This document shows positions 20,966 to 33,214 of a DNA stretch of 64,000 nt, one piece after another (positions within the stretch are counted from its first letter, which is position 1; each line of letters opens with the position of its first letter). A program made the position numbers and the translations under genes. Location: positions 367,846 to 431,845 of the forward strand of contig CAVZKO010000005.1 of NCBI GenBank assembly GCA_963775855.1, in the 5' to 3' direction. This DNA comes from an uncultured Chloroflexia bacterium (GTDB lineage: Bacteria > Chloroflexota > Limnocylindria > Limnocylindrales > CSP1-4). Below the pieces are notes generated by a model, which made no database searches, was not told where the DNA came from, and saw nothing but the letters and a program-made list of their open reading frames with translations.

Positions 20966-22401
20966 TCAGTTGGACGGGAGCGCGATCCAGTCGACCGTGG
21001 TGCCAGCTGGCGCGTTCTTGGGAGACCCGTCGTCGTCATTCAGGTGAAGCGTGAACCCGCTCGCCGTCTTGGACGTGACGAAGATGTAACCCCAGCCGGA
21101 GTTGCCGCCCCAGTCCGTGTCGCTGGTGATCATCCAGGCGACCCTGTAGTTCGCGCTCGGCATGTTGCTCGAGAACGTAACGATCGTCTCACCGGTGGGC
21201 GTCCCGGATGACCGCAGCGTCGCGCTGCCGGCTCGGTAGCTCGTGAAGCCGTCGGCACCAACTGGTCCGGCAGGACCGGCTGGACCAGCAGGACCGGCGG
21301 GACCCGCGGGACCGGTGGCCCCGTCGGCCCCATCAGCTCCGTCGGCGCCGGCAGGACCGGTGGCCCCATCAGCTCTGCCCATCGGCGCCCGCGGGACCCG
21401 CGGGACCTGGAGGACCGACCGCGCCGGCGGGACCGGTGGCCCCATCAACTCCGTCGGCTCCGTCGGCGCCGGCAGGACCGGTGGCCCCATCAACTCCATC
21501 AGCTCCATCGGCTCCGTCGGCCCCATCGGCTCCGTCGGCGCCAGCGGGCCCGGTAGCCCCATCAGCGCCGTCGGCTCCATCTGTCCCATCAGCGCCGTCG
21601 GCGCCTGCGGGACCGGCAGGACCCATTGCTCCGGCAGGACCGACAGCCCCGGCAGGACCTGTAGCCCCAGCGGCCCCGACAGGGCCCGCAGGACCGGCTG
21701 CGCCGGCAGGACCGACAGCCCCGGCAGGACCGGTGGCTCCAGCGGCCCCGGCCGGGCCGATAGCTCCGGCAGGACCGACAAGCCCGGTAGCCCCGGTAGC
21801 CCCGGTAGCCCCGGCAGGACCAGCAGGACCCGCAGGGCCGGCGGGCCCGGCAGGCCCGGCAACGCCGGTACCGCTGCCCTCGATGAAGTAGCCGGTGACG
21901 TCAAAGACGACGTGGGTGGTCGAGGTCGACGAGTCGCGCGACATACGTGACGCTCAGCTTGCCGCCAGTTCCCAGCTTGCCCTGGACAGAGTTCGCCCGC
22001 GTGTCGCCGAGGGGGAAGTTCAGGGTCGACGTCGTCGGGGCGTTGGTAGGAGCGGGCGTCAGCGAGAGGTAGCCGTAGGCGGTCTGCTTGTCGACCGTCA
22101 GGTTCCCGGTAACGCCGACGGCCGAGTTCGGGACGTTAATCGCGGGGTTGCTCGGGTTGCGATTGGTGACCTGGAACGTCCGTGCGACGCGGCTCTTCAG
22201 CGGGCCGGTGAGCCCGACGTTGAAGCGCGAGTCGACGAGGCGATTCGGGGTGATTGGGATGTAGACGTACGTTGGTGCAACCGCCGCAGGAGCGAGCTGC
22301 CTGTGCTCCGTCGCCGGGCTCGTGCGACCGGCGGCGACGCCGACCATGGCGCCAACGAGGCCGATCGCGACCGACATCGTTAGCAGCAGTCGCTTCGGCA
22401 T
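20966..22401 (-). CDS. Secreted collagen-like triple-helix-repeat protein with N-terminal and C-terminal globular domains (two frame breaks)
   Basis: Signal peptide plus an N-domain (ORF 21901..22443: [25 protein letters not shown]; [15 protein letters not shown]...[11 protein letters not shown]). Break near 21936-21946. Gly-X-Y region (ORF 21369..21944). Break near 21369-21380. C-terminal domain ending [29 protein letters not shown] (ORF 20966..21904 frame). Confidence 0.7.
21248..21875 (-). repeat. Gly-X-Y triplet repeat (about 70 triplets; [12 protein letters not shown] units)
   Basis: Strict 9-nt/3-aa periodicity. All six frames stay open here, which produces several spurious ORF-track entries. 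Confidence 0.85.
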
Positions 22402-22725
22402 GAGTGCTCGCCTGGTGGACTTTGCGGCGTCCTGTTCCAACATCCGTGTTCCCTCGATAGTGGTGAAGCTTTGAGCGTTCGTGGCAAGAGGTCGTCTGCG
22501 ACCAGCGGGGATCTCTCACGTTCCCATCGCTGAGCAGCCGTTTGCCGGGGCCTGTGTACGGACTCTGTACTAGAGAGGTCCTTAGTTCGTTGACCCCATG
22601 GTCAGACAGGGCCTAGTCCATTTGAGTCAGCGGGCTTAGGACCCTCGCGCCCGAACTGACCGAAGCACTTCCAACCAGCGGGCGGCGGCGCCCGATTCGG
22701 TGCTACGCTTCGGGGGTCCTTGACG

Positions 22726-22766
22726 GCCGGTCCTGTGAGGCCGGCGAACCGGTTCCGTGAGGCCGG
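22726..22766 (+). promoter_or_regulatory. Two tandem hairpins with PyrR-binding-loop-like sequence directly upstream of the carA RBS
   Basis: GCCGG-UCCUGUGAGG-CCGGC (22726-22745) and CCGG-UUCCGUGAGG-CCGG (22749-22766). AAAGGAGG (22767-22774) and GTG 22786 follow. Confidence 0.3.
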
Positions 22767-22785
22767 AAAGGAGGCAGATCAGAGT

Positions 22786-24002
22786 GTGTCCGCGCGCCCA
22801 CCGAGCCCCGAGGGCCGGTGGCGTTTTCATGTCGGGGACGAGGGCGTGACCGAGACGATCGTTCCGCCGCTGCCACGGCCGAGCTCGATCGTCGATCCGA
22901 GGGTCGGCGATGTCGGCCCAGCGCTGCTGGCCCTCGAGGACGGCACGATCTTCCCCGGGATCGCATTCGGCGCCGCGGTCGCCGCGGGCGGCGACCTCGT
23001 CGTGAACACGAGCCAGACGGGCTACCAGGAGGTCTGCACCGACCCGTCATATGCCGGCCAGGTGGTCGTCATGACCTACCCGCTCATCGGCAACTACGGC
23101 CGGCTGATCGACGACGACCAGTCGCTTCAGCCGTGGCTCCAGGCGCTGGTGGTCGCCAACGCCACCGCGGCCGTTGTCGATGACGTCCGCCAGCTCGCCG
23201 CGCTCCTGCGCGACCAGGGCATCCCCGCGATCGCCGGCGTCGACACCCGCGCGCTGGCCCGTCATCTCCGGGCGAACGGGTCGCTCCGCGGCATTGTCAC
23301 GGAGCCCGGCTTCGTGGACCGCGACGAGGCGGTCGATCGGGCGCGGGCTGTTCCGCGCTGGGAGGACCAGGATTTCGTCGGCCAGGTCTCGCCGGCATCG
23401 ATCATGGACGTGGGCAGCCACGACGAAGGGGGACCGCTGATCGGGATCGTGGATTTCGGACTCAAGTCGAACATCGTCCGAGGGATGCGGCGCCGCGGCG
23501 CGCGGGTCCGGATCCTGCCGCACACGATTTCGACTGCCGTCGCCCTCGCCCCGGACATCGATGGTCTGATCCTGTCCCCGGGGCCAGGCGATCCCGCCCG
23601 ACTCGACGGGCCCGTCGCGCTTGCGCGGCAGATCATCGAGGACGGCCGGCCACTGCTCGGGATTTGCCTCGGCCACCAGATCGTCGGGCGGGCGGCGGGC
23701 GCCGAGACGCGCCGCTTGCGGTTCGGGCATCACGGCGCGAACCACCCCGTCCGCGACATCGACCTCGGGTTGGTCCAGGTGACTGCCCAAAACCACGAGG
23801 TCCAGGTCGTAGGTGAATCGGTCCCGCGCGAGTCGGGCTTCCGGGTCAGCCAGGTCAACCTGAATGACGGTTCGGTCGAGGGCCTACGCCACGCAACGAA
23901 GCCGATCGAGACGGTCCAGTACCACCCCGAGGGAGCGCCGGGCCCGCTCGATGCCCTGGCCGTGTTCGACCGCTTCGTCGCTGCTGCAGAGGCCCGGCGC
24001 GG

Positions 24003-24006
<4 letters not shown>
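22786..24006 (+). CDS. carA: Carbamoyl-phosphate synthase small (glutaminase) subunit
   Basis: ORF 22720..24006. ALLALEDGT, TDPSYAGQVVVMTYPLIGNYG, the GICLGHQ catalytic Cys motif, and QYHPE. The start could be GTG 22786 or GTG 22846. Confidence 0.9.
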
Positions 24007-27620
<3,614 letters not shown>

Positions 27621-27624
<4 letters not shown>

Positions 27625-28280
27625 CCGACGCGTTCGAGCTGATCATCTTCGACTGCGACGGGGTCCTGGTCGACAGCGAGCGCCTCGCGATCAGGATCGA
27701 TGCGATCTTCCTGGAGCGCCTCGGCTGGCCGATGTCGCAAGAGGAGATCGTCCAGCGCTGGGTCGGCCGATCCGACGCCGACATGCGAACCGAGATCGAA
27801 GCGCATATCGGCCGTCCCATCCCGCCCGACATCGAGGAGGAGTTCAGTCGGATCTACCGCGAGATCTTCGACCGGGAACTCCTGCCGGTGGACGGGATCC
27901 GCGAGGCCCTCGACGTCATCACCATCCCGCGCTGCGTCGCCTCGAGTGGCAAGCACGACAACATCCGGCGAAACCTCGCGCTGACAGGTTTGTCGGGGTA
28001 CTTCGGCGAGCGGATCTTCAGCGCGACCGATGTCGAGCATGGGAAGCCCGCACCCGATCTGTTTCTGCTCGCCGCCCGGACCCTCGGCGCCGAACCTGCC
28101 CGGTGCGCCGTGGTCGAGGACAGCGTCCACGGCGTCGAGGCGGCGCTGGCGGCCGGCATGCGGCCCTTCGCCTACGCCGGCGGGGTCACGCCGGCGGAGC
28201 GCCTGACCCGCCCCGGAGCCGTCGTGTTCGCCGAGATGCGGGACCTGCCCGGGCTAGTTGAGGCCGCCGCCGGGCGCTAG
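27621..28280 (+). CDS. HAD-superfamily hydrolase (phosphatase/phosphomutase-like)
   Basis: In-frame GTG 27621 overlaps the carB stop (GTGA). IIFDCDGVLVDSE motif I, ASSG motif II, GKPAPD...VEDSVHGVEAA motifs III/IV. Confidence 0.8.
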
Positions 28281-29666
28281 TCCGAGGGCTTGGGCGGCGG
28301 CAGTCGCCGGTTGCTCGACGATGAGCGACTGGCCCAGCGACCACAGCGTCAACGTCGTCAGAGCGACCATGATCACCGCGAGGGGAACCTCGCGCGTCCG
28401 GTGCGAGCGGCCGCTGCCCGAGGAGGACCACGCGGCGACGACGTGGCCAGCCCACGCGCCGAGCATGTGGCCGCCGACGACCGCGGCGATCTGGATCGTC
28501 CAGACGAAGCCGGGCGGGAGAAAGGCGCTCGTCGGTTCGAGGAACGCCCAGCCAAAGCCGCCGAGATCCGAGCCCTGCTGAAGCGGATCCGCGATCGCGA
28601 TGATGATTCGCTGGCCGTCGATGAGGAGGTAGGTGAAGTAGTGGGCGATCAGATAGCCGACCGCAATGGGCAGCAGTCCCGCCCCGGTCGCGGCCGTGCC
28701 CACGAGACGGGCAACGGCCAGCGCGGCCGCGGCGATGATGCCCAGAAAGCCGAGCAGCTGGAGGGTTTCGATCGGTACCGCGGGCGCCCCGAAGACGGCG
28801 AACCACGGCGTCGTCTGCGACAGCCCGTCGTACAGGATCGATCCGGTTCCGATCGCGACGAGCATGATGTCCGCGGTCGTAAAGCCGGGCTGAAGCAGAC
28901 CTGAAGCGAACGGTCGGCGCTGGACGTGGCCCTCGTCGTCGACGAGCCCGAATGGCGCGAGACGGTTCAGCAGCCGGAACCACACGGAGAAGGTCTCGCC
29001 GTTGCGGCGCCATTCGTCGCGCCCGAACTGGGCCATCATCGCCAGCGTGAAGGCGGTGTAGCCGACGAGGACGATGAACAGCGAGTTCGGTCCGCCGCCG
29101 TCACCGACAAGCTCGAGCCAGACGAAGAACACGAGGCCGATGACGGCTGGCCAGCGAGCGAGGCGGGCAGGATACTCCGCCGGATCCCAGCCATGGATGC
29201 CGACCCTGCGGGCGACGGTCGCGCCGATGTCGAACAGCGTTGCGAACGGGTCGAGCCAGTGCCAGATCGGTCCGACGAACGCCGACACGATCGCGACGCC
29301 GACCCAGCCGTAGACCCACAGGAAGAGCGTCGAGACGTCGCCCGCACTATCCCCGCCAAAGATCCCCTGGAGGATGATCCACGACCAGCCGATCAGTCCG
29401 ACGGCCCGCAACCCGTTCCGGAGCCAAGCTGGCGGCAGCCGGCCCGGACCGGGGGCGGCCGGCGGGTCGGCGCGAACGTCCGCGAGCAGGAGAAACGCGA
29501 ACGAGAGGGCAACCGCCATGGCCGCCCCGATGAGGTAGACGAAGAGCGGCAGCCGCGACTGGTAGGTCGCGTCGAGACTGTGGCCGAGGGTGGCAGTTGG
29601 CCCGGCAAGGAGGAGGGCGGTGACCGCGGCTAAGACTGCGGGACGCAGGGCCGGTGTCCGGCTCAC
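28254..29666 (-). CDS. Polytopic membrane protein co-transcribed with copC (function unknown, possibly metal-related)
   Basis: ORF 28254..29666, 470 aa, more than 10 hydrophobic segments. A 4-nt overlap with the copC stop. Confidence 0.6.
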   Translation of the reverse strand: MSRTPALRPAVLAAVTALLLAGPTATLGHSLDATYQSRLPLFVYLIGAAMAVALSFAFLLLADVRADPPAAPGPGRLPPAWLRNGLRAVGLIGWSWIILQGIFGGDSAGDVSTLFLWVYGWVGVAIVSAFVGPIWHWLDPFATLFDIGATVARRVGIHGWDPAEYPARLARWPAVIGLVFFVWLELVGDGGGPNSLFIVLVGYTAFTLAMMAQFGRDEWRRNGETFSVWFRLLNRLAPFGLVDDEGHVQRRPFASGLLQPGFTTADIMLVAIGTGSILYDGLSQTTPWFAVFGAPAVPIETLQLLGFLGIIAAAALAVARLVGTAATGAGLLPIAVGYLIAHYFTYLLIDGQRIIIAIADPLQQGSDLGGFGWAFLEPTSAFLPPGFVWTIQIAAVVGGHMLGAWAGHVVAAWSSSGSGRSHRTREVPLAVIMVALTTLTLWSLGQSLIVEQPATAAAQALGLAPGGGLN

Positions 29667-30283
29667 TCGGGTCCGCCGCCTCGCGAGCGTCCGCGCAGCA
29701 GCATCGCCCCGAGCAGCCCGATGACGATCAGCGCGGCGAGGATCGGCAGGAGCACGTCGGCGCCCGATGCGCTCGTCGGACCACCGGCAGACGGCGCCGG
29801 CGTGGGGCTCGCCGATGGCGATGCTGACGGTGACGGTGACGGGGTTGCGCTCGCCGATGGCGCGGCCGTCGGCGTCTGAGTCGGGGTGGGGGATGGCGCG
29901 TTGATCGTGAATGTCAGAACTTCGCGCTTGAGGGCCCCGTCGTGGGCCGCAAACGCGGTCGATCGGATCTCGTACGCGCCCGGGGCGAGTTCCGGTGGGT
30001 CGATCCGCATCGACTTGTCGTTGGCGGGGTCGGCCACGCCGGCCGCCACCTGCGTGCCATCGGGGCCGATGAGCTCCATGTGGCTCTTCACCGCGTCCAG
30101 CGCCTCGGTGAAGGTGAGGACGATCTCGCTGGGCGGGGTGTCGAGGACCGCGCCGTCAGGGGGCGATGCCGACTCGAGCTCCGCGTGCGCCAGGGCGACG
30201 AGCGGCATCGCGAAGGCCGCCAGCAGCACTGCGAACAAGAAACCGGCCGCGCGAAACCCGCGCCTTCGTGGTCCTGGATTCAT
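29663..30283 (-). CDS. CopC-domain copper-binding protein with Pro/Ser/Thr linker and C-terminal membrane anchor
   Basis: ORF 29663..30283. Signal peptide, then HAELESASPPDGAVLDTPPSEIVLTF, the CopC N-terminal His motif. PSPTPTQTPT...SPSASPSASPTPAPS linker. TM segment LLPILAALIVIGLLGAMLL. Confidence 0.8.
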   Translation of the reverse strand: MNPGPRRRGFRAAGFLFAVLLAAFAMPLVALAHAELESASPPDGAVLDTPPSEIVLTFTEALDAVKSHMELIGPDGTQVAAGVADPANDKSMRIDPPELAPGAYEIRSTAFAAHDGALKREVLTFTINAPSPTPTQTPTAAPSASATPSPSPSASPSASPTPAPSAGGPTSASGADVLLPILAALIVIGLLGAMLLRGRSRGGGPE

Positions 30284-30298
30284 GGCCGGAGTTTACGA

Positions 30299-30528
30299 TC
30301 AAAGGGCGGAGTCGGCCGTCCCACCCCTGCGGTCGCCAGCAGAACCGGCGACCGCCGTCCCGACGCCGATCAGCCATTCGCCGATTCGTGATCGCGCGCC
30401 GCCGCCAGCCCGCCTCCGCCGTCGGATCCTGGGTCGTCCCAGCTCGGGTCCCGGAGCCGCCGAACGTCCGCGTCGTGTCGGAGCTCGTCCATATGCTCGC
30501 TGACGATGATCTGCTGAAGGTCTTCCAT
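30299..30528 (-). CDS. Small ORF (about 52-75 aa) between the ArsR-like gene and copC
   Basis: ATG 30528 behind GGAGAAGGA gives MEDLQQIIVSEHMDELRHDADVRRLRDPSWDDPGSDGGGGLAAARDHESANG* (stop 30370-30372). A hydrophobic tail IGEWLIGVGTAVAG... is open in the adjacent frame down to 30299, so a frame break is possible. Too short for the ORF track. Confidence 0.35.
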
Positions 30529-30543
30529 TGTTTCCTTCTCCCT

Positions 30544-30561
30544 GTTAGGTGGATATCTAAC
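30544..30561. promoter_or_regulatory. 18-bp palindromic operator, copy A (GTTAGGTGGATATCTAAC)
   Basis: 7-bp arms (one mismatch) around a 4-nt spacer, 16 nt upstream of the small-ORF start. Near-identical to copy B at 31757-31774. Confidence 0.45.
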
Positions 30562-30628
30562 TCATGGCCCTTGGAATGGGCCGCGGCAACGACCGCGACC
30601 CTGCGCCGCCGGGCCGGTTGGCGGCTCG

Positions 30629-31729
30629 CTACCCGATGAGGAACCGCTTGATGTCCGCCGACGCGTCGTCGAGACGATTCCGGCGGAGCGAGTAGTAGAT
30701 GACGGTCCCGGATTCCGTGATCGTCACGAGGCCGGCCGAGCGGAGCAGGGCCAGGTGGTGCTTGATCGTCGGCTTCGACAGCTCGAGTTGCTGGGCGATC
30801 TCAGTGAGGTAGAGATCGCGTCCGGCCAGCAGCTTCAGGATCCGCAGCCGGGTCTCATCCCCGAGCGCCCGGTGGAGTCGGACGACCGACTGCGGCGCCG
30901 CCAGTGGGTCGATCTGTCTCGAGCGCCTCGTCCAGCACCGGATATCCGAAGAACCGGAAGTCCGAGCCCGACATGAGAAAGTTGTAGGGCCGCGAGAAGT
31001 ACGACGGAGCGAGGATCACCCGTTTGACGCCGCCCTCGGGCAGCCAGCGGATGCCGGTTGTCGTTCGCTCGATGAGATCTACTGGCGCGAGGCTCGCCCG
31101 GTCGGCCGCTCGGGCGTCGTAGTCGCGCTCGAGGATCCCGGCGACCCTCGATTCGATCGGCGTGAAGTGCTTCAGACCACGCCTCCAGCACCCCGCGCAG
31201 ATCGGCGACGGTCTGCTCCGGTTCGCGGAGGATCTGCAGCCGAGCCTCTCGCTTGTCCTCCGGCATCGTCTCCTCGAGCGCGGGCAGCACGGAGTCGTCG
31301 CCGGCCATCGCACGATCGACGAGCGCGGCAACCGGCTCGGGGCTGTCTCGAACATCGCGCGGATCATGTCGCGCGGATCCATGCTCCCGATCGCGGCGAC
31401 GACCTCGTCGGCCGTGCGGATCGCCGGGCGATCGATGACAACGACGGCGACGGACGAGGACTGCTCGAACAGGAGCTTTGCGGCCCTCTGGACATCGCCG
31501 GGGGAGGCCGGCCTTCGCCTCCGCCAGCCAGCTCCGATCGGCCATCGGCAGATCATCGGTCGAGCCGGCATGTATCGGACAGACTGAATACGAAATCGTA
31601 GGCCGGACGGACGTCCCAGTGGATCCGGAACGACTGAGACCCGCGGGTGAGGTCGCGCACGGGCGCGCGCACCTGGACGTCCGACGGCTGCCGGTCGCGA
31701 GTGTGGCGTGTCGCCGGTCGGGCTGACAT
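30629..31729 (-). pseudogene. ArsR/SmtB-family regulator with long N-terminal domain, at least 5 frame breaks
   Basis: The C-terminal wHTH reads RLHRALGDETRLRILKLLAGRDLYLTEIAQQLELSKPTIKHHLALLRSAGLVTITESGTVIYYSLRR...FLIG* (stop 30629-30631). Upstream fragments lie in all three frames: FRIHWDVRPAYDFVFSLSD; DVQRAAKLLFEQSSSVAVVVIDRPAIRTADEVVAAIGSMDPRDMIRAMFE; EPVAALVDRAMAGDDSVLPALEETMPEDKREARLQILREPEQTVADLRGVLEAW; LKHFTPIESRVAGILERDYDARAADRASLAPVDLIERTTTGIRWLPEGGVKRVILAPSYFSRPYNF. ATG at 31729. Confidence 0.6.
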
Positions 31730-31756
31730 CTGGTGCTCGTGATCTCCCTAACTGAT

Positions 31757-31774
31757 GTTAGATGGAAATCTAAC
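31757..31774. promoter_or_regulatory. 18-bp palindromic operator, copy B (GTTAGATGGAAATCTAAC)
   Basis: Perfect 7-bp arms GTTAGAT/ATCTAAC around a 4-nt spacer, 28 nt upstream of the ArsR-like start, in the divergent region facing the M16 genes. TACAAT (31839-31844) is a possible -10 for the M16 operon. Confidence 0.45.
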
Positions 31775-31882
31775 GTCACGGCGCGCCGCGTGTCAAGAAC
31801 GAAATTCGTTTGCGAGGCGCTCGACGGGCTCCCGGGCCTACAATCTGGCTCAGCCCCGGAGTCGATGAGGAGCCGTCCGCGC

Positions 31883-33214
31883 ATGCCGATCCCGACCGTG
31901 TCGTTCACCGACGAGCGCCTCCCGAACGGCCTCCGCCTGGTCATCGCCGAGGACCACTTGGCCCCCGTCGTGGCGGTGAACGTCTGGTACAACGTCGGCT
32001 CGAAGCACGAAGTCGAGGGCAAGACCGGCTTCGCCCATCTCTTCGAGCACGTGATGTTCCAGGGCTCCCGGAACGTCGGGAAGGCGGAGCACATCGCCCT
32101 GGTCCAGGCTGCGGGCGGGACCATGAACGGGACGACCTGGCTCGACCGGACGAACTATTTCGAGACGGTTCCGTCGCACCAGTTGGAGCTCGCCCTCTGG
32201 CTCGAGGCGGACCGGATGGGGAGCCTCCTCGACGCGCTGAGCCAGGAGAATCTCGACAACCAACGAGAGGTTGTGAAAAACGAGAAACGCTGGTCGTACG
32301 ACAACCGGCCCTACGGCTCGTGGAACGAGAAGCTCCAGGCCCACCTGTTCCCGCCTGAGCATCCCTACCATCACACGACGATCGGCTCGATGGCCGACCT
32401 CGACGCCGCGTCGGTCGAGGACGTGAGCGAGTTCTTCCGGACCTACTACGCGCCGAACAACGCCGTTGTCTCGATCGTTGGGGACGTCGACCCCGCGGCC
32501 GCGCGAGGCTGGGTCGAGCGCTACTTCGGCGGAATCCCGGCGAATCCATCGATCCCGCCGCTCGGTGACCTGTCGCTGCCGGCGGTCCTCGGCGAGGAGC
32601 GTCGCGAGACGGTGATGGACAAGGTGCCGCTGCCGCGCGTCTACGTCGGATACCGCGCACCGATGTTCGGCGACACGCGACTGGACGCGCTGGATATCGC
32701 CGCGCAGGTGCTGGCCGGCGGCAAGGGCAGCCGGCTCCATCGCCGGCTCGTCCGCGACGAGCGGATCGCCCAGGACGTCGCGCTCTTCACGCTTGGCTTC
32801 GTCGGCGGCGCGTCGGTCGCGGCGGGCTGGGCGACCGTCAGGCCTGGGGTCGAAGTCGGGCGGGTCGAGGCGGCGCTCCACGAAGAGCTCGAGCGGATCG
32901 GGCGCGAGCCGGTAACGGCCGACGAGTTGGAGCGAGCGCGTGCGTTGATCGAGAGCGATGAGCTGGGCGCTCTGGGGCGGGTGGAGGAACGAGCCGATCG
33001 CCTGTCGATGTACGCGACCCTCTTCGACGATCCGGACCTGATCAACCAGATGCTCCCGCGCTACCTGGCGGTCACGCCCGACGACATCCAGTCGGTGGCG
33101 TCGGCGGTGTTCAGGCTGGACAACCGGGTCGTCCTGACCTATCTGCCCGAGATTCCTCCCGCCAATTCCGCCGTGGGAGACCCCACCGCCGAACGGGCGG
33201 AGGCGGCGGCATGA
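31883..33214 (+). CDS. M16-family zinc metallopeptidase (active subunit)
   Basis: ORF 31733..33214. Inverted zinc motif HLFEHVMFQGS plus a downstream NGTTWLDRTNYFE/EVVKNE region. ATG 31883 lies 10 nt after GAGGAG; ATG 31865 is an alternative. Confidence 0.85.
   Translation: MPIPTVSFTDERLPNGLRLVIAEDHLAPVVAVNVWYNVGSKHEVEGKTGFAHLFEHVMFQGSRNVGKAEHIALVQAAGGTMNGTTWLDRTNYFETVPSHQLELALWLEADRMGSLLDALSQENLDNQREVVKNEKRWSYDNRPYGSWNEKLQAHLFPPEHPYHHTTIGSMADLDAASVEDVSEFFRTYYAPNNAVVSIVGDVDPAAARGWVERYFGGIPANPSIPPLGDLSLPAVLGEERRETVMDKVPLPRVYVGYRAPMFGDTRLDALDIAAQVLAGGKGSRLHRRLVRDERIAQDVALFTLGFVGGASVAAGWATVRPGVEVGRVEAALHEELERIGREPVTADELERARALIESDELGALGRVEERADRLSMYATLFDDPDLINQMLPRYLAVTPDDIQSVASAVFRLDNRVVLTYLPEIPPANSAVGDPTAERAEAAA

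Noticed and set aside
21243-21950. Plus-strand and alternative minus-frame ORFs across the collagen repeat (21243..21950, 21436..21891, and the N-terminal part of 20966..21904).
   Set aside because: The triplet repeat keeps all six frames open. Only the Gly-X-Y minus frame connects to a signal-peptide domain and a globular C-terminus.
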